Positions 1 to 11,812 of a stretch of DNA of 64,000 nt are shown here, piece after piece; the first letter of the stretch is position 1; the number at the start of each line of letters is the position of its first letter. Both the position numbers and the translations under genes were made by a program. The DNA is taken from positions 512,001 through 576,000 of the forward strand of contig OY763415.1 in assembly GCA_963667565.1 (NCBI GenBank), read 5' to 3'. The notes beneath the pieces were generated by a model. It searched no databases. It saw nothing but the letters and a program-made list of their open reading frames with translations, and had not been told where the DNA came from. Origin of the DNA: Acholeplasmataceae bacterium. Its GTDB lineage: Bacteria > Bacillota_I > Bacilli_A > Acholeplasmatales > Acholeplasmataceae.

Positions 1-400
1 ATCCACCATCAAATACACCTGTACGTTCAACTTGTTTTAAATCAAGATCATCAATCATGTTTGTGATATTTCTAATTTGACGTTCCATCACATCTTTAGG
101 CATAATGCCTTGTTCATAGGCAGTTGTATATATTTTCTCTGCATACTCATATTTTTTCAAATCTGTAAATAAACAAATCATATGTGATGATGTTTCAAGT
201 TGAAGTTGATTCCCAAATAAAACAGGTTTTAATTTCTCTTTGTATGTATCACTTTCAATAACAACTAATCTAGTAGGTTGCATGTTCATAGATGATGGTG
301 CACGCAGGGTTTCTTCTAAAATAAGTGTTAAAGTTTCTTTTGATATTTTTTCATTAGCATCATAATTTCTTATGGATTTTCTCTCTGTAAATACGTTCAT
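1..400 (-). CDS. Nitroreductase family protein (partial, runs off window start)
   Basis: Manual translation from ATG at 400 behind a GGAGG SD: MNVFTERKSIRNYD...RAPSSMNMQPTRLVVI. The R-S-I-R and APSS-N-QP motifs are typical of nitroreductases. Confidence 0.85.
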   Translation of the reverse strand, partial: MNVFTERKSIRNYDANEKISKETLTLILEETLRAPSSMNMQPTRLVVIESDTYKEKLKPVLFGNQLQLETSSHMICLFTDLKKYEYAEKIYTTAYEQGIMPKDVMERQIRNITNMIDDLDLKQVERTGVFDGG

Positions 401-503
401 GATACCCTCCTTTTATACGCGTAAATTATAACATTTTATTTGAATATGTTAAATGATTTTGCTTATCACATTATGTTATAATAAAAGTGAAGGGATGGCG
501 CTT

Positions 504-1028
504 ATGAAAACACATTTTATTTTTATTAGACATGGGGAACCAAGATATGACGAAGTATCAGTCAAGTGGAACAAAAGTATTGGATATAATTTTGGGAAAT
601 TATCCGATAATGGTGTAGATCAAGCTGAAGAAGTAGCAAAAAATGAAATTTTAAAGGGAGCAGAAATTATTGTTTCTTCACCTTATACAAGAGCACTTCA
701 AACAGCTGCAATCATTTCAAGAGTTACAGGTATAAAATTAACCGTTGAAAATGACTTACACGAATGGAATCCGGATGAAGGATATATTTTTGATGATGAA
801 TCCAATGGATCATTTGAAGAATACCTAAAAAATAGAGGAGTTCATCAATTTGGAGATAAACATCGATTTGAAACCTATGAAAATGTTCAAAAACGTGTTG
901 AACTAACACTCATGAAATATAAAACATATAAAAAAGTGATTGTTGTATGTCATGGTATTGTTATCTCAGCAGTGACAAATTTCGATGATGTCATTGAGCA
1001 TTGTGGTATTAGAGAAGTGGATATTTAA
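504..1028 (+). CDS. Histidine phosphatase (phosphoglycerate mutase-like) family protein
   Basis: RHGE, SSPYTRALQTA and VCHG motifs. Start moved from 453 to an internal ATG (495 also possible). Confidence 0.85.
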   Translation: MKTHFIFIRHGEPRYDEVSVKWNKSIGYNFGKLSDNGVDQAEEVAKNEILKGAEIIVSSPYTRALQTAAIISRVTGIKLTVENDLHEWNPDEGYIFDDESNGSFEEYLKNRGVHQFGDKHRFETYENVQKRVELTLMKYKTYKKVIVVCHGIVISAVTNFDDVIEHCGIREVDI

Positions 1029-2032
1029 TGAATATTAAAAGGCTTGAAGATTGGTATCAAAAAAATCATAGAAAATTAGTGTTTAGAGAAACGAAAGAAC
1101 CTTATAAAATTTGGGTAAGTGAGATTATGTTACAACAAACTCAAGTCGATACCGTTCTTCCTTTTTTTGAGCGCTTTATTGGTTTATATCCAGATGTTAA
1201 ATCATTAGCAGAAACTGATGAACTAACGCTACATAAAGCTGTAGAAGGTCTAGGATATTATAGAAGATTTAGATATATGCAAAAAGCTGCTCAAGTGATC
1301 TTGAGTCAATTTGATTCTAAATTTCCTAAGACATATGAAGATGTATTAAAACTTCCTGGTATCGGTTTATACACAGCAGGAGCGATTATGTCGATTGCAT
1401 ATAATAAGCCTTATAGTGCATTAGATGGCAATGTTATAAGAGTACTTTCTAGATATTTAAATATTGATAAAGATATGCGCATCGAATCACATAAAAAAGA
1501 ACTTAATAGCATAAATCAATCTTATATAGAACAAGCAACACCACATGTATACACACAAGCGATGATGGAATTAGGTGCAACCATATGTAGACCTAAACAG
1601 CCAAAATGTGATATATGTCCTTTGCAAGAGCATTGTTTAGCATATGAATTAGGCAATCAAAGCGAGCGCCCTGTTCTTTCTAAGCTAAAAGATAAAAAGG
1701 AAATCAATTATATCACTTTAGTGATCAAAGATGATGCATCCATCTATTTATACAAACGAACTGAGGAACTACTAAAAAACATGTACGTCTATCCTCAATT
1801 TGAATCTGAATCTATATATCAAGTCATTGCTGAATTGGAATCCCAAGGCATGCATATTGAAATCATTCAGCATTTAGGATTATATAAGCATGTGTTTACT
1901 CATATGATTTGGCATATGGATGTATATGAAGTTAGACTATTAAATGACGCATATGATCCTACTTGGGAAAAAGTATCAAGAGAGAACTTTGATAGTTTGC
2001 CTATGGCAATTGCACATAAAAAAATAAAATAG
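1028..2032 (+). CDS. mutY: A/G-specific adenine glycosylase
   Basis: WVSEIMLQQTQV, HhH motif LPGIGLYTAGAI, DGNV and 4Fe-4S motif C-x6-C-x2-C-x5-C. Confidence 0.95.
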   Translation: MNIKRLEDWYQKNHRKLVFRETKEPYKIWVSEIMLQQTQVDTVLPFFERFIGLYPDVKSLAETDELTLHKAVEGLGYYRRFRYMQKAAQVILSQFDSKFPKTYEDVLKLPGIGLYTAGAIMSIAYNKPYSALDGNVIRVLSRYLNIDKDMRIESHKKELNSINQSYIEQATPHVYTQAMMELGATICRPKQPKCDICPLQEHCLAYELGNQSERPVLSKLKDKKEINYITLVIKDDASIYLYKRTEELLKNMYVYPQFESESIYQVIAELESQGMHIEIIQHLGLYKHVFTHMIWHMDVYEVRLLNDAYDPTWEKVSRENFDSLPMAIAHKKIK

Positions 2033-2044
2033 AGGTTATTTTAT

Positions 2045-3082
2045 ATGCAAAAAAGAATTAAGATGATTGAAGTTGATTCAGTGATTGGAAAAACGAAATT
2101 GATTGAATTAAATCAGCATCATACCAAAGTTGTGATATCGACATATGGTGCGGGTATTTTTGATTTTATCTATAAGGGTCGTCAACTATTACAAAGACCA
2201 CAATCTTTAGATGATTATTTACAATCTAGATCTTATTATGGAAAAACAATTGGTCGTACGAGTGGACGGTTATTTCCACCACATTTTAAAATTGATGATC
2301 ATCTATTTGAAATTAAAAAATCATCACACAATGATGTTCATATTCATGGTGGAGATGATGGGTTTTCATTTAAAACTTTTGAACTTATTAGATATACTTA
2401 TATTGATCAACAAATCAATATCACATTACGATATGTCTCAGAAGACCTAGAAGGTGGATATCCAGGTCAACTTACACTAGATGTGAGTTATTCATTAAAT
2501 AAGTATGGTGCTTTAACCATCACATACGATGCAACAACGACAAAAGATACGTTATGCAATATCACTAATCATATCTACTTCAACTTAAATGAAGATAAAC
2601 AAAATTTAGATGATACTTTGATTAAAGTACTTGCAAATAAATATATAGAAACTGATCAATCATTTAAACCAATATCAGAAAAGCAAGTCTATCAAACACC
2701 TTTTGATATGCTTGATTTTAAACCGATTAATGATGTTTTAAAAACATTAAATCAAAATGGGATTAAAGGTCTTAATACTGCATTTAGTGATGTGATTAAA
2801 GATAGAGGTCCTATTGTTCAACTTAAACAAATAAAGGATCGATTAGGTGTAGACATTTATTCGACTTACCCAAGTGTTGTGATATATACACATGACTATC
2901 CAGATCATGATGTATTAATCAGTGATAAACACCATGGTGTTCATGGATCAATCGCTATTGAATGTCAATATGAACCTGCAGGTATTTATTTAGATGAATT
3001 GCATGATTCGATTTTAAGAAAGCATCAACGATATCATGAAGAGATAAAATTCGTACCTTATACGATAAAAAAAGACCGATGA
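2045..3082 (+). CDS. Aldose 1-epimerase (galactose mutarotase) family protein
   Basis: GKTIGRTSGR, HIHGG, GYPG, TNHIYFNL and IAIECQ motifs. Confidence 0.85.
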   Translation: MQKRIKMIEVDSVIGKTKLIELNQHHTKVVISTYGAGIFDFIYKGRQLLQRPQSLDDYLQSRSYYGKTIGRTSGRLFPPHFKIDDHLFEIKKSSHNDVHIHGGDDGFSFKTFELIRYTYIDQQINITLRYVSEDLEGGYPGQLTLDVSYSLNKYGALTITYDATTTKDTLCNITNHIYFNLNEDKQNLDDTLIKVLANKYIETDQSFKPISEKQVYQTPFDMLDFKPINDVLKTLNQNGIKGLNTAFSDVIKDRGPIVQLKQIKDRLGVDIYSTYPSVVIYTHDYPDHDVLISDKHHGVHGSIAIECQYEPAGIYLDELHDSILRKHQRYHEEIKFVPYTIKKDR

Positions 3083-3103
3083 GTAAGTACTCATGGGTCT
3101 TCT
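3069..3103. terminator. Hairpin between convergent epimerase and queT genes
   Basis: AAGACC-GATGAGTA AG TACTCAT-GGGTCTT imperfect inverted repeat. Confidence 0.55.
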
Positions 3104-3107
3104 TATT

Positions 3108-3593
3108 TTATGAAATGATTTCTACAAAACCTTGATTTTTATTTAACATGTGGTAAAGGGGTAAACCCACTAAATAGACAACAACTGCTTCACCAAGACC
3201 TACAGTAAACACAGATAACCAAAATGGGACAAGAATCATCACATTTAATAATGTAGCTACATAAAATGCGTTAAGAAGTACTGGAAATAACATAGCAATA
3301 AACTTATGGTTTTTAAAAAGTAACATTAAATAAATAGCAATTGCAGATGTTAGAGTACCAAACATAGCATCATAAAATCCAAATGATTCTGGTGAGAAGA
3401 GATTTGCTATAAACGTACCTATTAATAATCCAATCATATGCTTTTTACTAAAGAATACTAATACGAGTAAAGCTTCAGCAATTCTAAATTGAACTTGTCC
3501 AAAGCTAATGGGGATTAATACAAGTACCAATACCACATAAATTGCCCCAATTAATGCTTGAAAAATGAGGTCTTTTAAATACAATTTATTCAT
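3108..3593 (-). CDS. queT: QueT family queuosine-precursor transporter (ECF S component)
   Basis: PISFGQVQFRIAEAL and GTFIANLFSP motifs, hydrophobic, directly downstream of a preQ1 riboswitch. Confidence 0.9.
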   Translation of the reverse strand: MNKLYLKDLIFQALIGAIYVVLVLVLIPISFGQVQFRIAEALLVLVFFSKKHMIGLLIGTFIANLFSPESFGFYDAMFGTLTSAIAIYLMLLFKNHKFIAMLFPVLLNAFYVATLLNVMILVPFWLSVFTVGLGEAVVVYLVGLPLYHMLNKNQGFVEIIS

Positions 3594-3600
3594 TTTTAGT

Positions 3601-3642
3601 CTCCTTGTTTTGTTAAAGCTGGTTAATCTAGGATACAGCTTT
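3601..3642 (-). ncRNA. preQ1 class I riboswitch (translational)
   Basis: Minus strand AAAGCUG-UAUCCUAGAUUAAC-CAGCUUU-AACAAAACAAGGAG: P1 stem, loop ending AAC-C, A-rich tail ending in the queT SD. Loop UCCU can pair with AGGA. Confidence 0.85.
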
Positions 3643-3656
3643 ATAAATACTTTAAT

Positions 3657-4818
<1,162 letters not shown>

Positions 4819-4881
4819 TTCGCTTTATTTTGTTACACATTTCGTGTAAAATAAGGTTAGTTATTTTAAGGAGGGATACGC

Positions 4882-6018
4882 ATGGTATTTGGCGAGGATA
4901 ATAACTTTAATCAAAAACCTGTCATTAAAGTCATCGGTGTTGGTGGCGGTGGAGGAAATGCAATTAATCGTATGATTGAAAACGATGTTAAAGGTGTTTC
5001 TTTTGTTGCTGTAAATACAGATGCACAAGTGCTTAAAGTTTCTAAAGCTGAAACGCGTGTTCAAATTGGTAAATATTTGACAAGGGGATTAGGTGCAGGT
5101 GCGAAAGCCAATGTAGGAAAAGAAGCGGCACTTGAATCTATTGATGAAATTGAAGAAGTATTAAAAGATGCGGATATGGTCTTTATTACTGCCGGTATGG
5201 GCGGTGGAACAGGGACTGGAGCAGCACCAGTGATTGCTCAAAAAGCAAAAGAACTTGGATGTTTAACGATTGGTATTGTCACAAAGCCCTTTACTTTTGA
5301 AGGACCAGCTCGTATGCAAGCAGCTGTATATGGATTAGAAGAATTAAAACCTCATGTGGATACTTTAATTGTTATTCCAAATGAGAGATTGCTTGCTGTA
5401 TCTGGCCCAACAACACAATTATTAGATGCATTTAGAGAATCTGATAATGTACTTAGACAAGGGGTTCAAGGTATTGCAGAAATTATTGCTATTCCTGGAT
5501 TAATTAATGTTGACTTTGCAGATGTTAGAACCGTTATGGAAAATAAAGGTACTGCACTTATGGGTATCGGTATTGCCTCTGGTGAAGATAGAGCTATTGA
5601 AGCAGCTAGAAAAGCTATTCATTCTAAATTATTAGAAGTTTCAATTGATGGGGCAACTGATGCGATTGTAAATATTACTTCAGGCACAAACATCACACTT
5701 TTTGAAACTGAACAAGCATTAAGCGAAATTAGAAATGCGACTGATCGTAGTCTAAACATTATCTATGGTACAACTGTGAATAATGAGATGGATGATGAAA
5801 TGATCGTTACTGTGATTGCTACTGGTTATGAATTAAAAGCTAAAGGTTCAACTATTGAAAATTTAGCATCTGAAATCTTTAATAAAACTTCAAGTGAACA
5901 ATTAACACTTACAAATGATGGTTTAATTAATAAAGAAGATGACGAAGAGGAAGAAGTTTCTGAAGGTCCTAAATCTAGAAATTTACCATCTTGGTTAAAG
6001 AAAAAAACAAATTTATAA
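4882..6018 (+). CDS. ftsZ: Cell division protein FtsZ
   Basis: [16 protein letters not shown] tubulin signature, INVDFADV. Confidence 0.98.
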   Translation: MVFGEDNNFNQKPVIKVIGVGGGGGNAINRMIENDVKGVSFVAVNTDAQVLKVSKAETRVQIGKYLTRGLGAGAKANVGKEAALESIDEIEEVLKDADMVFITAGMGGGTGTGAAPVIAQKAKELGCLTIGIVTKPFTFEGPARMQAAVYGLEELKPHVDTLIVIPNERLLAVSGPTTQLLDAFRESDNVLRQGVQGIAEIIAIPGLINVDFADVRTVMENKGTALMGIGIASGEDRAIEAARKAIHSKLLEVSIDGATDAIVNITSGTNITLFETEQALSEIRNATDRSLNIIYGTTVNNEMDDEMIVTVIATGYELKAKGSTIENLASEIFNKTSSEQLTLTNDGLINKEDDEEEEVSEGPKSRNLPSWLKKKTNL

Positions 6019-6036
6019 AAGGCGAAAGCCTTTTTT
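6017..6036 (+). terminator. Intrinsic terminator after ftsZ
   Basis: AAAAGGC GAAA GCCTTTTTT. Confidence 0.75.
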
Positions 6037-6056
6037 AATGAAGGAATGATGTATAT

Positions 6057-7154
6057 ATGTTAAAAGCTGGAATTGTCGGATTACCTAATGTTGGAAAATC
6101 TACATTATTTAATGCCATTACAAAAACTGAAGCACTTGCTGCAAATTATCCGTTTGCTACGATTGAGCCCAATGTAGGCATGGTTTTTGTTAATGACACA
6201 AGACTTGATGAATTAGAAAAAATATATAAGCCTAAAAAAGTTGTGCCAACTGCATATCAATTTATTGATATTGCTGGTCTTGTTAAAGGCGCTTCAAAAG
6301 GCGAAGGTTTAGGGAATCAATTTTTATCTCATATCAGAGAAGTAGATGCGATTTGTCAAGTGGTTAGACTTTTTGAAGATCACAATATTACACATGTTGA
6401 AGGTTCAGTAAATCCTGTTAGAGATATTGAAACTATTCAATTAGAATTAAATATTGCTGATTTAGAAGTCATTGATAAACGTATTGTCAAATTAGAGAAA
6501 AAAGCAAAAGCTAAAATTAAAGAAGCGATTTTTGAATATGACATTTTAAAGAAAATTAAAGATGCGTTAGAACAAGAAATTAATCCACGTGATTTAGATT
6601 TTACAGATGAAGAATTAAAAATGATTAGAAGTTTTAATTTGTTATCTTTAAAACCAATGCTATATATTGCAAATATTAGCGAAGATGAAGTATCTGATCC
6701 TAAATTGAATCCGCATTATGATGAAATGATGGGGTTTGCATCTAAAGCTAACACTAAAGTGGTCTTTATTTCTGCACAAGTAGAAATGGAAATTGCATCA
6801 TTGAATAAAGATGAGCAGGCATCATTTATGGAAGCATATGGTTTAACGCGTTCAGGTCTAGATGAAGTCATTGAGCAAAGCTATGATTTACTAGGTTTAT
6901 CAACTTATTTTACTGCTGGTGAACCAGAGGTTAGAGCATGGACGTTTGTCAAAGGCATGAAGGCACCTGAGTGTGCTGGTATTATTCATAGTGATTTTGA
7001 ACGAGGATTTATTAAAGCTGAAACACTTGCTTATGATGATTTAATGACTTACAAAACACCTCAAGCAGCTAAAGAACATGGACGCGTGAGACTAGAAGGT
7101 AAGGAATATATCGTCAAAGATGGTGATATTATGCTGTTTAGATTTAATGTATGA
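6057..7154 (+). CDS. ychF: Redox-regulated ribosome-binding ATPase YchF
   Basis: GIVGLPNVGKSTLFN, ANYPFATIEPN, DIAGLV and C-terminal FRFNV. Confidence 0.97.
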   Translation: MLKAGIVGLPNVGKSTLFNAITKTEALAANYPFATIEPNVGMVFVNDTRLDELEKIYKPKKVVPTAYQFIDIAGLVKGASKGEGLGNQFLSHIREVDAICQVVRLFEDHNITHVEGSVNPVRDIETIQLELNIADLEVIDKRIVKLEKKAKAKIKEAIFEYDILKKIKDALEQEINPRDLDFTDEELKMIRSFNLLSLKPMLYIANISEDEVSDPKLNPHYDEMMGFASKANTKVVFISAQVEMEIASLNKDEQASFMEAYGLTRSGLDEVIEQSYDLLGLSTYFTAGEPEVRAWTFVKGMKAPECAGIIHSDFERGFIKAETLAYDDLMTYKTPQAAKEHGRVRLEGKEYIVKDGDIMLFRFNV

Positions 7155-7741
7155 TTAAACAAAGTGATCAATATAAAGTCATATGCGCATCAAAATACTA
7201 TACAACTGATGAAATGATAGGAATTTATAACCAAGGTTATCATGATTTTGGTGAGAATAAAGTCTATGATATGCTAAAAAAGATGGAAGATTTAAAAGAT
7301 TATGACATCACGTGGCATTTTATTGGACATCTTCAAACTAATAAAGTCAAAGAAATGATAAATCGAATTGATATGCTACATACACTTGATAGAATTTCAT
7401 TAAGAGATGCAATTCAAAAATATGCAAATCATAAGATTGATTGTTTGATTCAAGTCAATATTGGAGAAGAAATTCAAAAAAGTGGTATATTATTAGAAAA
7501 TTTGGATGAATTTCTTTTAGAAATTAAAAATTATGATAAAATTAATGTAGTCGGTTTTATGACTATGGGTATAGCAAATGACCCCATTAAAACTGAAGAC
7601 ATCTTTAAAAAACTTTATGATTTAAAAACGAAATATAAATATCCATATCTTTCCATGGGGATGAGTGATGATTACGAGTTAGCAATTAAGCATCACACTA
7701 CACATTTAAGAATTGGACGTGCTTTTAAATCCATATTGTGA
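7151..7741 (+). CDS. yggS: PLP homeostasis protein (YggS/YlmE family)
   Basis: ASKY, FGENKV, WHFIGHLQTNK and LSMGMSDDY motifs. Confidence 0.92.
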   Translation: MIKQSDQYKVICASKYYTTDEMIGIYNQGYHDFGENKVYDMLKKMEDLKDYDITWHFIGHLQTNKVKEMINRIDMLHTLDRISLRDAIQKYANHKIDCLIQVNIGEEIQKSGILLENLDEFLLEIKNYDKINVVGFMTMGIANDPIKTEDIFKKLYDLKTKYKYPYLSMGMSDDYELAIKHHTTHLRIGRAFKSIL

Positions 7742-7752
7742 TAGGAGGCAAC

Positions 7753-8088
7753 ATGGCATTTGGTTCGAAAAAGAAAAAATCGAAAGATATTGTAGAAGAA
7801 GTTGTTGAATCAACCTACGATAAAATTATTTTCGAAAAACTTAATTCAGATGATGATCATTATTTAACAAATTTAGCTGATCAAATGATTGCTGGTGCAC
7901 CTCTTATCTTAAACTTTGAACCACTAGATGTTGATCAAGCAAACAAAGTTATCGCGTTTTTCTCAGGTGTTGTTTATGCAATAACTGGAGAAATCGTTCA
8001 TATTCAAGAAAAGGTATTCTTATTTGCAAACAAAGATGTTTATAAAGATGGATCCATTGAAGAATTTTTAAAAGAAATTGTAGAATAA
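7753..8088 (+). CDS. sepF: Cell division protein SepF
   Basis: ILNFE...ANKVIAFFSGVVYAITG...VFLF resembles the SepF core. Follows yggS as in Firmicutes. ATG behind AGGAGG. Confidence 0.8.
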   Translation: MAFGSKKKKSKDIVEEVVESTYDKIIFEKLNSDDDHYLTNLADQMIAGAPLILNFEPLDVDQANKVIAFFSGVVYAITGEIVHIQEKVFLFANKDVYKDGSIEEFLKEIVE

Positions 8089-8095
8089 TTAAATC

Positions 8096-8283
8096 ATGCG
8101 ATGAGAAGAACACATCCTTTAAGTTAAGGTTTTAAGCGAACTGGGTATGGTGTAAGCCAGTAAACAAACACTTAAGAGATATCACCTTTGAGCATTTTAT
8201 AAATTGAGTGCTAGATTATTTCTAGAACTAAGGTGGTACCGCGGAAATATTCGTCCTTAGATATTTGTCTAAGGACTTTTTTA
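8096..8283 (+). ncRNA. T-box riboswitch, Ile (AUC) specifier, transcriptional
   Basis: K-turn GC-GAT-GA...GA-GC; AGCGA/GGTG distal motifs; ATC at 8181-8183; T-box AAGGTGGTACCGCG at 8230-8243; terminator 8253-8282; upstream of ileS. Confidence 0.93.
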
Positions 8284-8309
8284 TATGAAAAATCAAGGAG
8301 GATATAATC

Positions 8310-11009
8310 ATGGATTTTAAAGACACATTACACATGCCTAACACAGAATTTCCAATGCGTGGGAATTTAGGCCAAAGAGAAGTGGAATTTCAAAAAGAAT
8401 GGGATGCACTTGATCTTTATAACAAATTATTAGAAAAAAATAAGGATGGAGAACCCTTTGTATTACACGATGGCCCACCCTATGCTAATGGCGATATCCA
8501 TTTAGGACATGCATTAAATAAAATCTTAAAAGATTTTGTTGTAAGATATCAATCAATGATTGGTAAAAAAGCCAGATATTTACCAGGATGGGATACACAT
8601 GGACTCCCAATTGAAACAGCACTTGCAAAAAAAGGCATTAAGCGTAAAGAAATGCCGCTTTTTGAGTATCGTAAATTATGTTATGATTATGCGATGGAAC
8701 AAGTTGAAAGACAAAAAGTTCAATTTAAGCGCTTAGGTGTTTTAGGTGAATGGGATAGTCCATATATCACATTAACTAAGGATTTTGAAGCACGTCAAAT
8801 TAAAGTTTTTGCTAAAATGGTCGAAAAAGGATTAATCTATAAAGGTTTAAAGCCAGTCTATTGGTCACCATCATCAGAGTCGGCATTAGCAGAAGCAGAA
8901 ATTGAATATCAAGATCATACTTCAACATCAATTTATGTTGCATTTCCTGCAAAAACAGAAAATGAAAAATTAAAAGGCGTATCTTATCTAATTTGGACAA
9001 CGACGCCTTGGACAATTCCTGCAAACTTAGCAATATCAGTCAATCCAAATATGACTTATGTCACTGTGAAAGTCTTAGATAAGACATATGTTGTTGCACA
9101 ATCATTATTAGAAAGACTTAAAGGTTTATTAGGTTGGGAATCATATCAAGTCATAGATACATTTAAAGGTAGTGAATTAGAATTAGAACAATATATTCAC
9201 CCATTATACAATCGTATATCACCTATCATCCTTGGCGACCATGTCACTGATGAAGATGGTTCAGGTTTAGTTCATACAGCGCCAGGTCATGGGGAAGATG
9301 ATTATCGTGTGGGACGTCAATATAAGTTAGATATATTATGTCCAGTAGATGATCGTGGGTTTATGACAGATGAAGCTGGTGAACGCTTTAGTGGTATGTT
9401 TTATGAAAAAGCAAATGATGAAGTCATTGCTGCACTTGATGAATTAGGCATATTACTTAAAGCTGAAAAATTTAATCACTCATATCCACATGATTGGCGT
9501 ACTAAAAAACCTGTAATTTTTAGAGCAACTCAACAATGGTTTGCAAGTATTGATAAATTAAAAGATGATTTATTAAAAGCAGTTAAAGATGTTACATGGT
9601 TACCATCTTGGGGTGAAGTTAGATTATCAAATATGGTTATCAATCGTGAAGATTGGTGTATTTCAAGACAAAGAGCTTGGGGTGTTCCAATTCCTATTTT
9701 CTATGCGGAAAATGGTGATGCGATTTTAGAACAAGAAGTCTTAAGCCATATCAGTGATTTATTTAAAGAATTTGGATCAAATGTTTGGTATGAAAGAGAA
9801 GCCAAAGACTTGCTTCCAAAAGGATATACACATAAAGGTAGTCCAAACGGATTATTTAAAAAAGAAATGGATATCATGGATGTTTGGTTTGACTCAGGAT
9901 CTTCACATACATTACTTGAAGCAAATGATATGCCATATCCATCAGATTTATATTTAGAAGGATCAGATCAATATCGTGGATGGTTTAATTCATCACTAAT
10001 CACAGGTGTTGCAACAACTGGTCGTGCGCCTTATAAAGCCGTAGTATCACATGGATTTACACTTGACCCTCAAGGAAGAAAAATGAGTAAGTCATTAGGA
10101 AACACAGTAGATCCTATCAAAGTTATGAATGTTCAAGGGGCTGATTTATTAAGATTGTGGGTTGCTTCAGTTGATTATCAATCAGATGTTAAAAACTCTG
10201 ATGACATGATGAAACAAATCGCTGAGAGTTATCGTAAGATTAGAAACACAATCCGCTTTATTTTAGGAAATATATCTGATTTTGATCCAGACAAAGACTA
10301 TGTTGGTTTTTCAATGAGAGGTCAACTCAATCGTGTCATGACACTTAAATTTCAAGATATTGTCAATGAATGTTTAGATGCATATGATCATTATCAATTT
10401 GATAAAGTTTATCGTTCAATTGTTCCATTTATGACAAATGAACTAAGTGCTTATTATCTTGATTACACGAAAGATATTTTATATATTTTAGCTAAAAAAG
10501 ATTTTGAAAGAGTTAGTGTTCAATCAACACTATATGATATTTTATTAGGCTTACTTAAACTTTTAACACCAATCATTCCTCATACGACACATGAAGCTTA
10601 TGGTTACTTACCTAAGCAAAATGAGGCTAATATTTATTTAGAACACATGCCAGAACGAGTGAATAGTGAAAATCATCCAGTTTTAGAAGCATTTGATACA
10701 TTCTATAGTTTAAGAACTGTAGTCTTAAAAGAATTAGAAGAAGCAAGAGCACAAAAAAAGATTGGTAAATCACTACAAGCAGAAGTTGATTTAGTCGTCA
10801 CTCAAAAACAAAAAGATGCGATTGATATGCTTGATATGAAACTACACCAAGTCCTCATCGTTTCAAAAGTGAACTTATCACTAGGTAATGAACTTCAAGT
10901 TAGAGTAAAAGTTGCTGAAGGTGAAACTTGTGCAAGATGTTGGAATATTGTTGACCATGTCCATGAAGATGGTACATGTGATAGATGTCACTCAGTAGTG
11001 AGTAAATAA
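8310..11009 (+). CDS. ileS: Isoleucine--tRNA ligase (type 1)
   Basis: HDGPPYANG, HLGH, KMSKS and C-terminal Zn finger CARCW...CDRC. Confidence 0.98.
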   Translation: MDFKDTLHMPNTEFPMRGNLGQREVEFQKEWDALDLYNKLLEKNKDGEPFVLHDGPPYANGDIHLGHALNKILKDFVVRYQSMIGKKARYLPGWDTHGLPIETALAKKGIKRKEMPLFEYRKLCYDYAMEQVERQKVQFKRLGVLGEWDSPYITLTKDFEARQIKVFAKMVEKGLIYKGLKPVYWSPSSESALAEAEIEYQDHTSTSIYVAFPAKTENEKLKGVSYLIWTTTPWTIPANLAISVNPNMTYVTVKVLDKTYVVAQSLLERLKGLLGWESYQVIDTFKGSELELEQYIHPLYNRISPIILGDHVTDEDGSGLVHTAPGHGEDDYRVGRQYKLDILCPVDDRGFMTDEAGERFSGMFYEKANDEVIAALDELGILLKAEKFNHSYPHDWRTKKPVIFRATQQWFASIDKLKDDLLKAVKDVTWLPSWGEVRLSNMVINREDWCISRQRAWGVPIPIFYAENGDAILEQEVLSHISDLFKEFGSNVWYEREAKDLLPKGYTHKGSPNGLFKKEMDIMDVWFDSGSSHTLLEANDMPYPSDLYLEGSDQYRGWFNSSLITGVATTGRAPYKAVVSHGFTLDPQGRKMSKSLGNTVDPIKVMNVQGADLLRLWVASVDYQSDVKNSDDMMKQIAESYRKIRNTIRFILGNISDFDPDKDYVGFSMRGQLNRVMTLKFQDIVNECLDAYDHYQFDKVYRSIVPFMTNELSAYYLDYTKDILYILAKKDFERVSVQSTLYDILLGLLKLLTPIIPHTTHEAYGYLPKQNEANIYLEHMPERVNSENHPVLEAFDTFYSLRTVVLKELEEARAQKKIGKSLQAEVDLVVTQKQKDAIDMLDMKLHQVLIVSKVNLSLGNELQVRVKVAEGETCARCWNIVDHVHEDGTCDRCHSVVSK

Positions 11010-11023
11010 ATAAGGAGAAAATC

Positions 11024-11755
11024 ATGAATATTTTAGTTGTTAATGATGATGGATATGAAGCAGAGGGGCTAAAAATACTAGTCAGAGCACTTCAACCTTT
11101 TGGGAATATTTATGTTTCAGCACCAAAAAACCACCAAAGTGGAAAAAGTCATGCGATTACGTTTTCTAGACGTATTGAAACTTTTTTTACCACACCAATT
11201 ATCGGTTCAAAAGCAACACTCGTTGTAGATGGTACACCAGCAGATTCGACAAGACTTGGATTGAAATTATTCAATGTTGATTTTGATTTAGTTGTTTCAG
11301 GAATCAATTATGGCGTCAACATTGCTAAAGATGTTTTTTATTCAGGTACTGTAGCAGCTGCTTTAGAGGCTAAAATTTTAGGCGTTGATGCAATTGCAAT
11401 TTCTGCACCTACGATAGAATTACCCTATTTATATGATGAAACAGTTCAACTTATCGATGAAATTATTGATACCAAATTATATATAGGCTCAGGAATCTTA
11501 AACATCAATTTTCCAAAAGCAACATATGCAAAACCTTTAGGTGTAAGAATTACACGACAAGGGCTTAGATTGCAACATGCAGAGTTTGTGAAAAGCGAAA
11601 AACCTGACATCTATCATATTAAAGGAAGTATTATTAATTATTCGGAACATGAAGAATCAGATGTTCAAGCATTTGAAGAAGGCTATATTTCAATTACGCC
11701 TCTTCAATTTGATCGAACAAATTATGAAAGATTAAATCAAATACTAAATTCTTAA
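11024..11755 (+). CDS. surE: 5'/3'-nucleotidase SurE
   Basis: VNDDGY, DGTPAD, SGINYG and YSGTVAAA motifs. Confidence 0.95.
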   Translation: MNILVVNDDGYEAEGLKILVRALQPFGNIYVSAPKNHQSGKSHAITFSRRIETFFTTPIIGSKATLVVDGTPADSTRLGLKLFNVDFDLVVSGINYGVNIAKDVFYSGTVAAALEAKILGVDAIAISAPTIELPYLYDETVQLIDEIIDTKLYIGSGILNINFPKATYAKPLGVRITRQGLRLQHAEFVKSEKPDIYHIKGSIINYSEHEESDVQAFEEGYISITPLQFDRTNYERLNQILNS

Positions 11756-11812
11756 TCGATTGTTAATCTTTAGTTTCTATGTTAAAATATAACAAAGAGC
11801 GGTGGTGAAAAA

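Noticed and set aside
8253..8276. The ileS T-box terminator GTCCTTAG-ATATTTGT-CTAAGGAC (and 36021-36042) resembles the recombinase site, even with an 8-nt spacer
   Set aside because: GTCCTTAG is required to pair with CTAAGG in the antiterminator, which explains the similarity. The spacers do not match the IRL/IRR spacer, so productive recombination is unlikely. Binding as a pseudo-site is not excluded.
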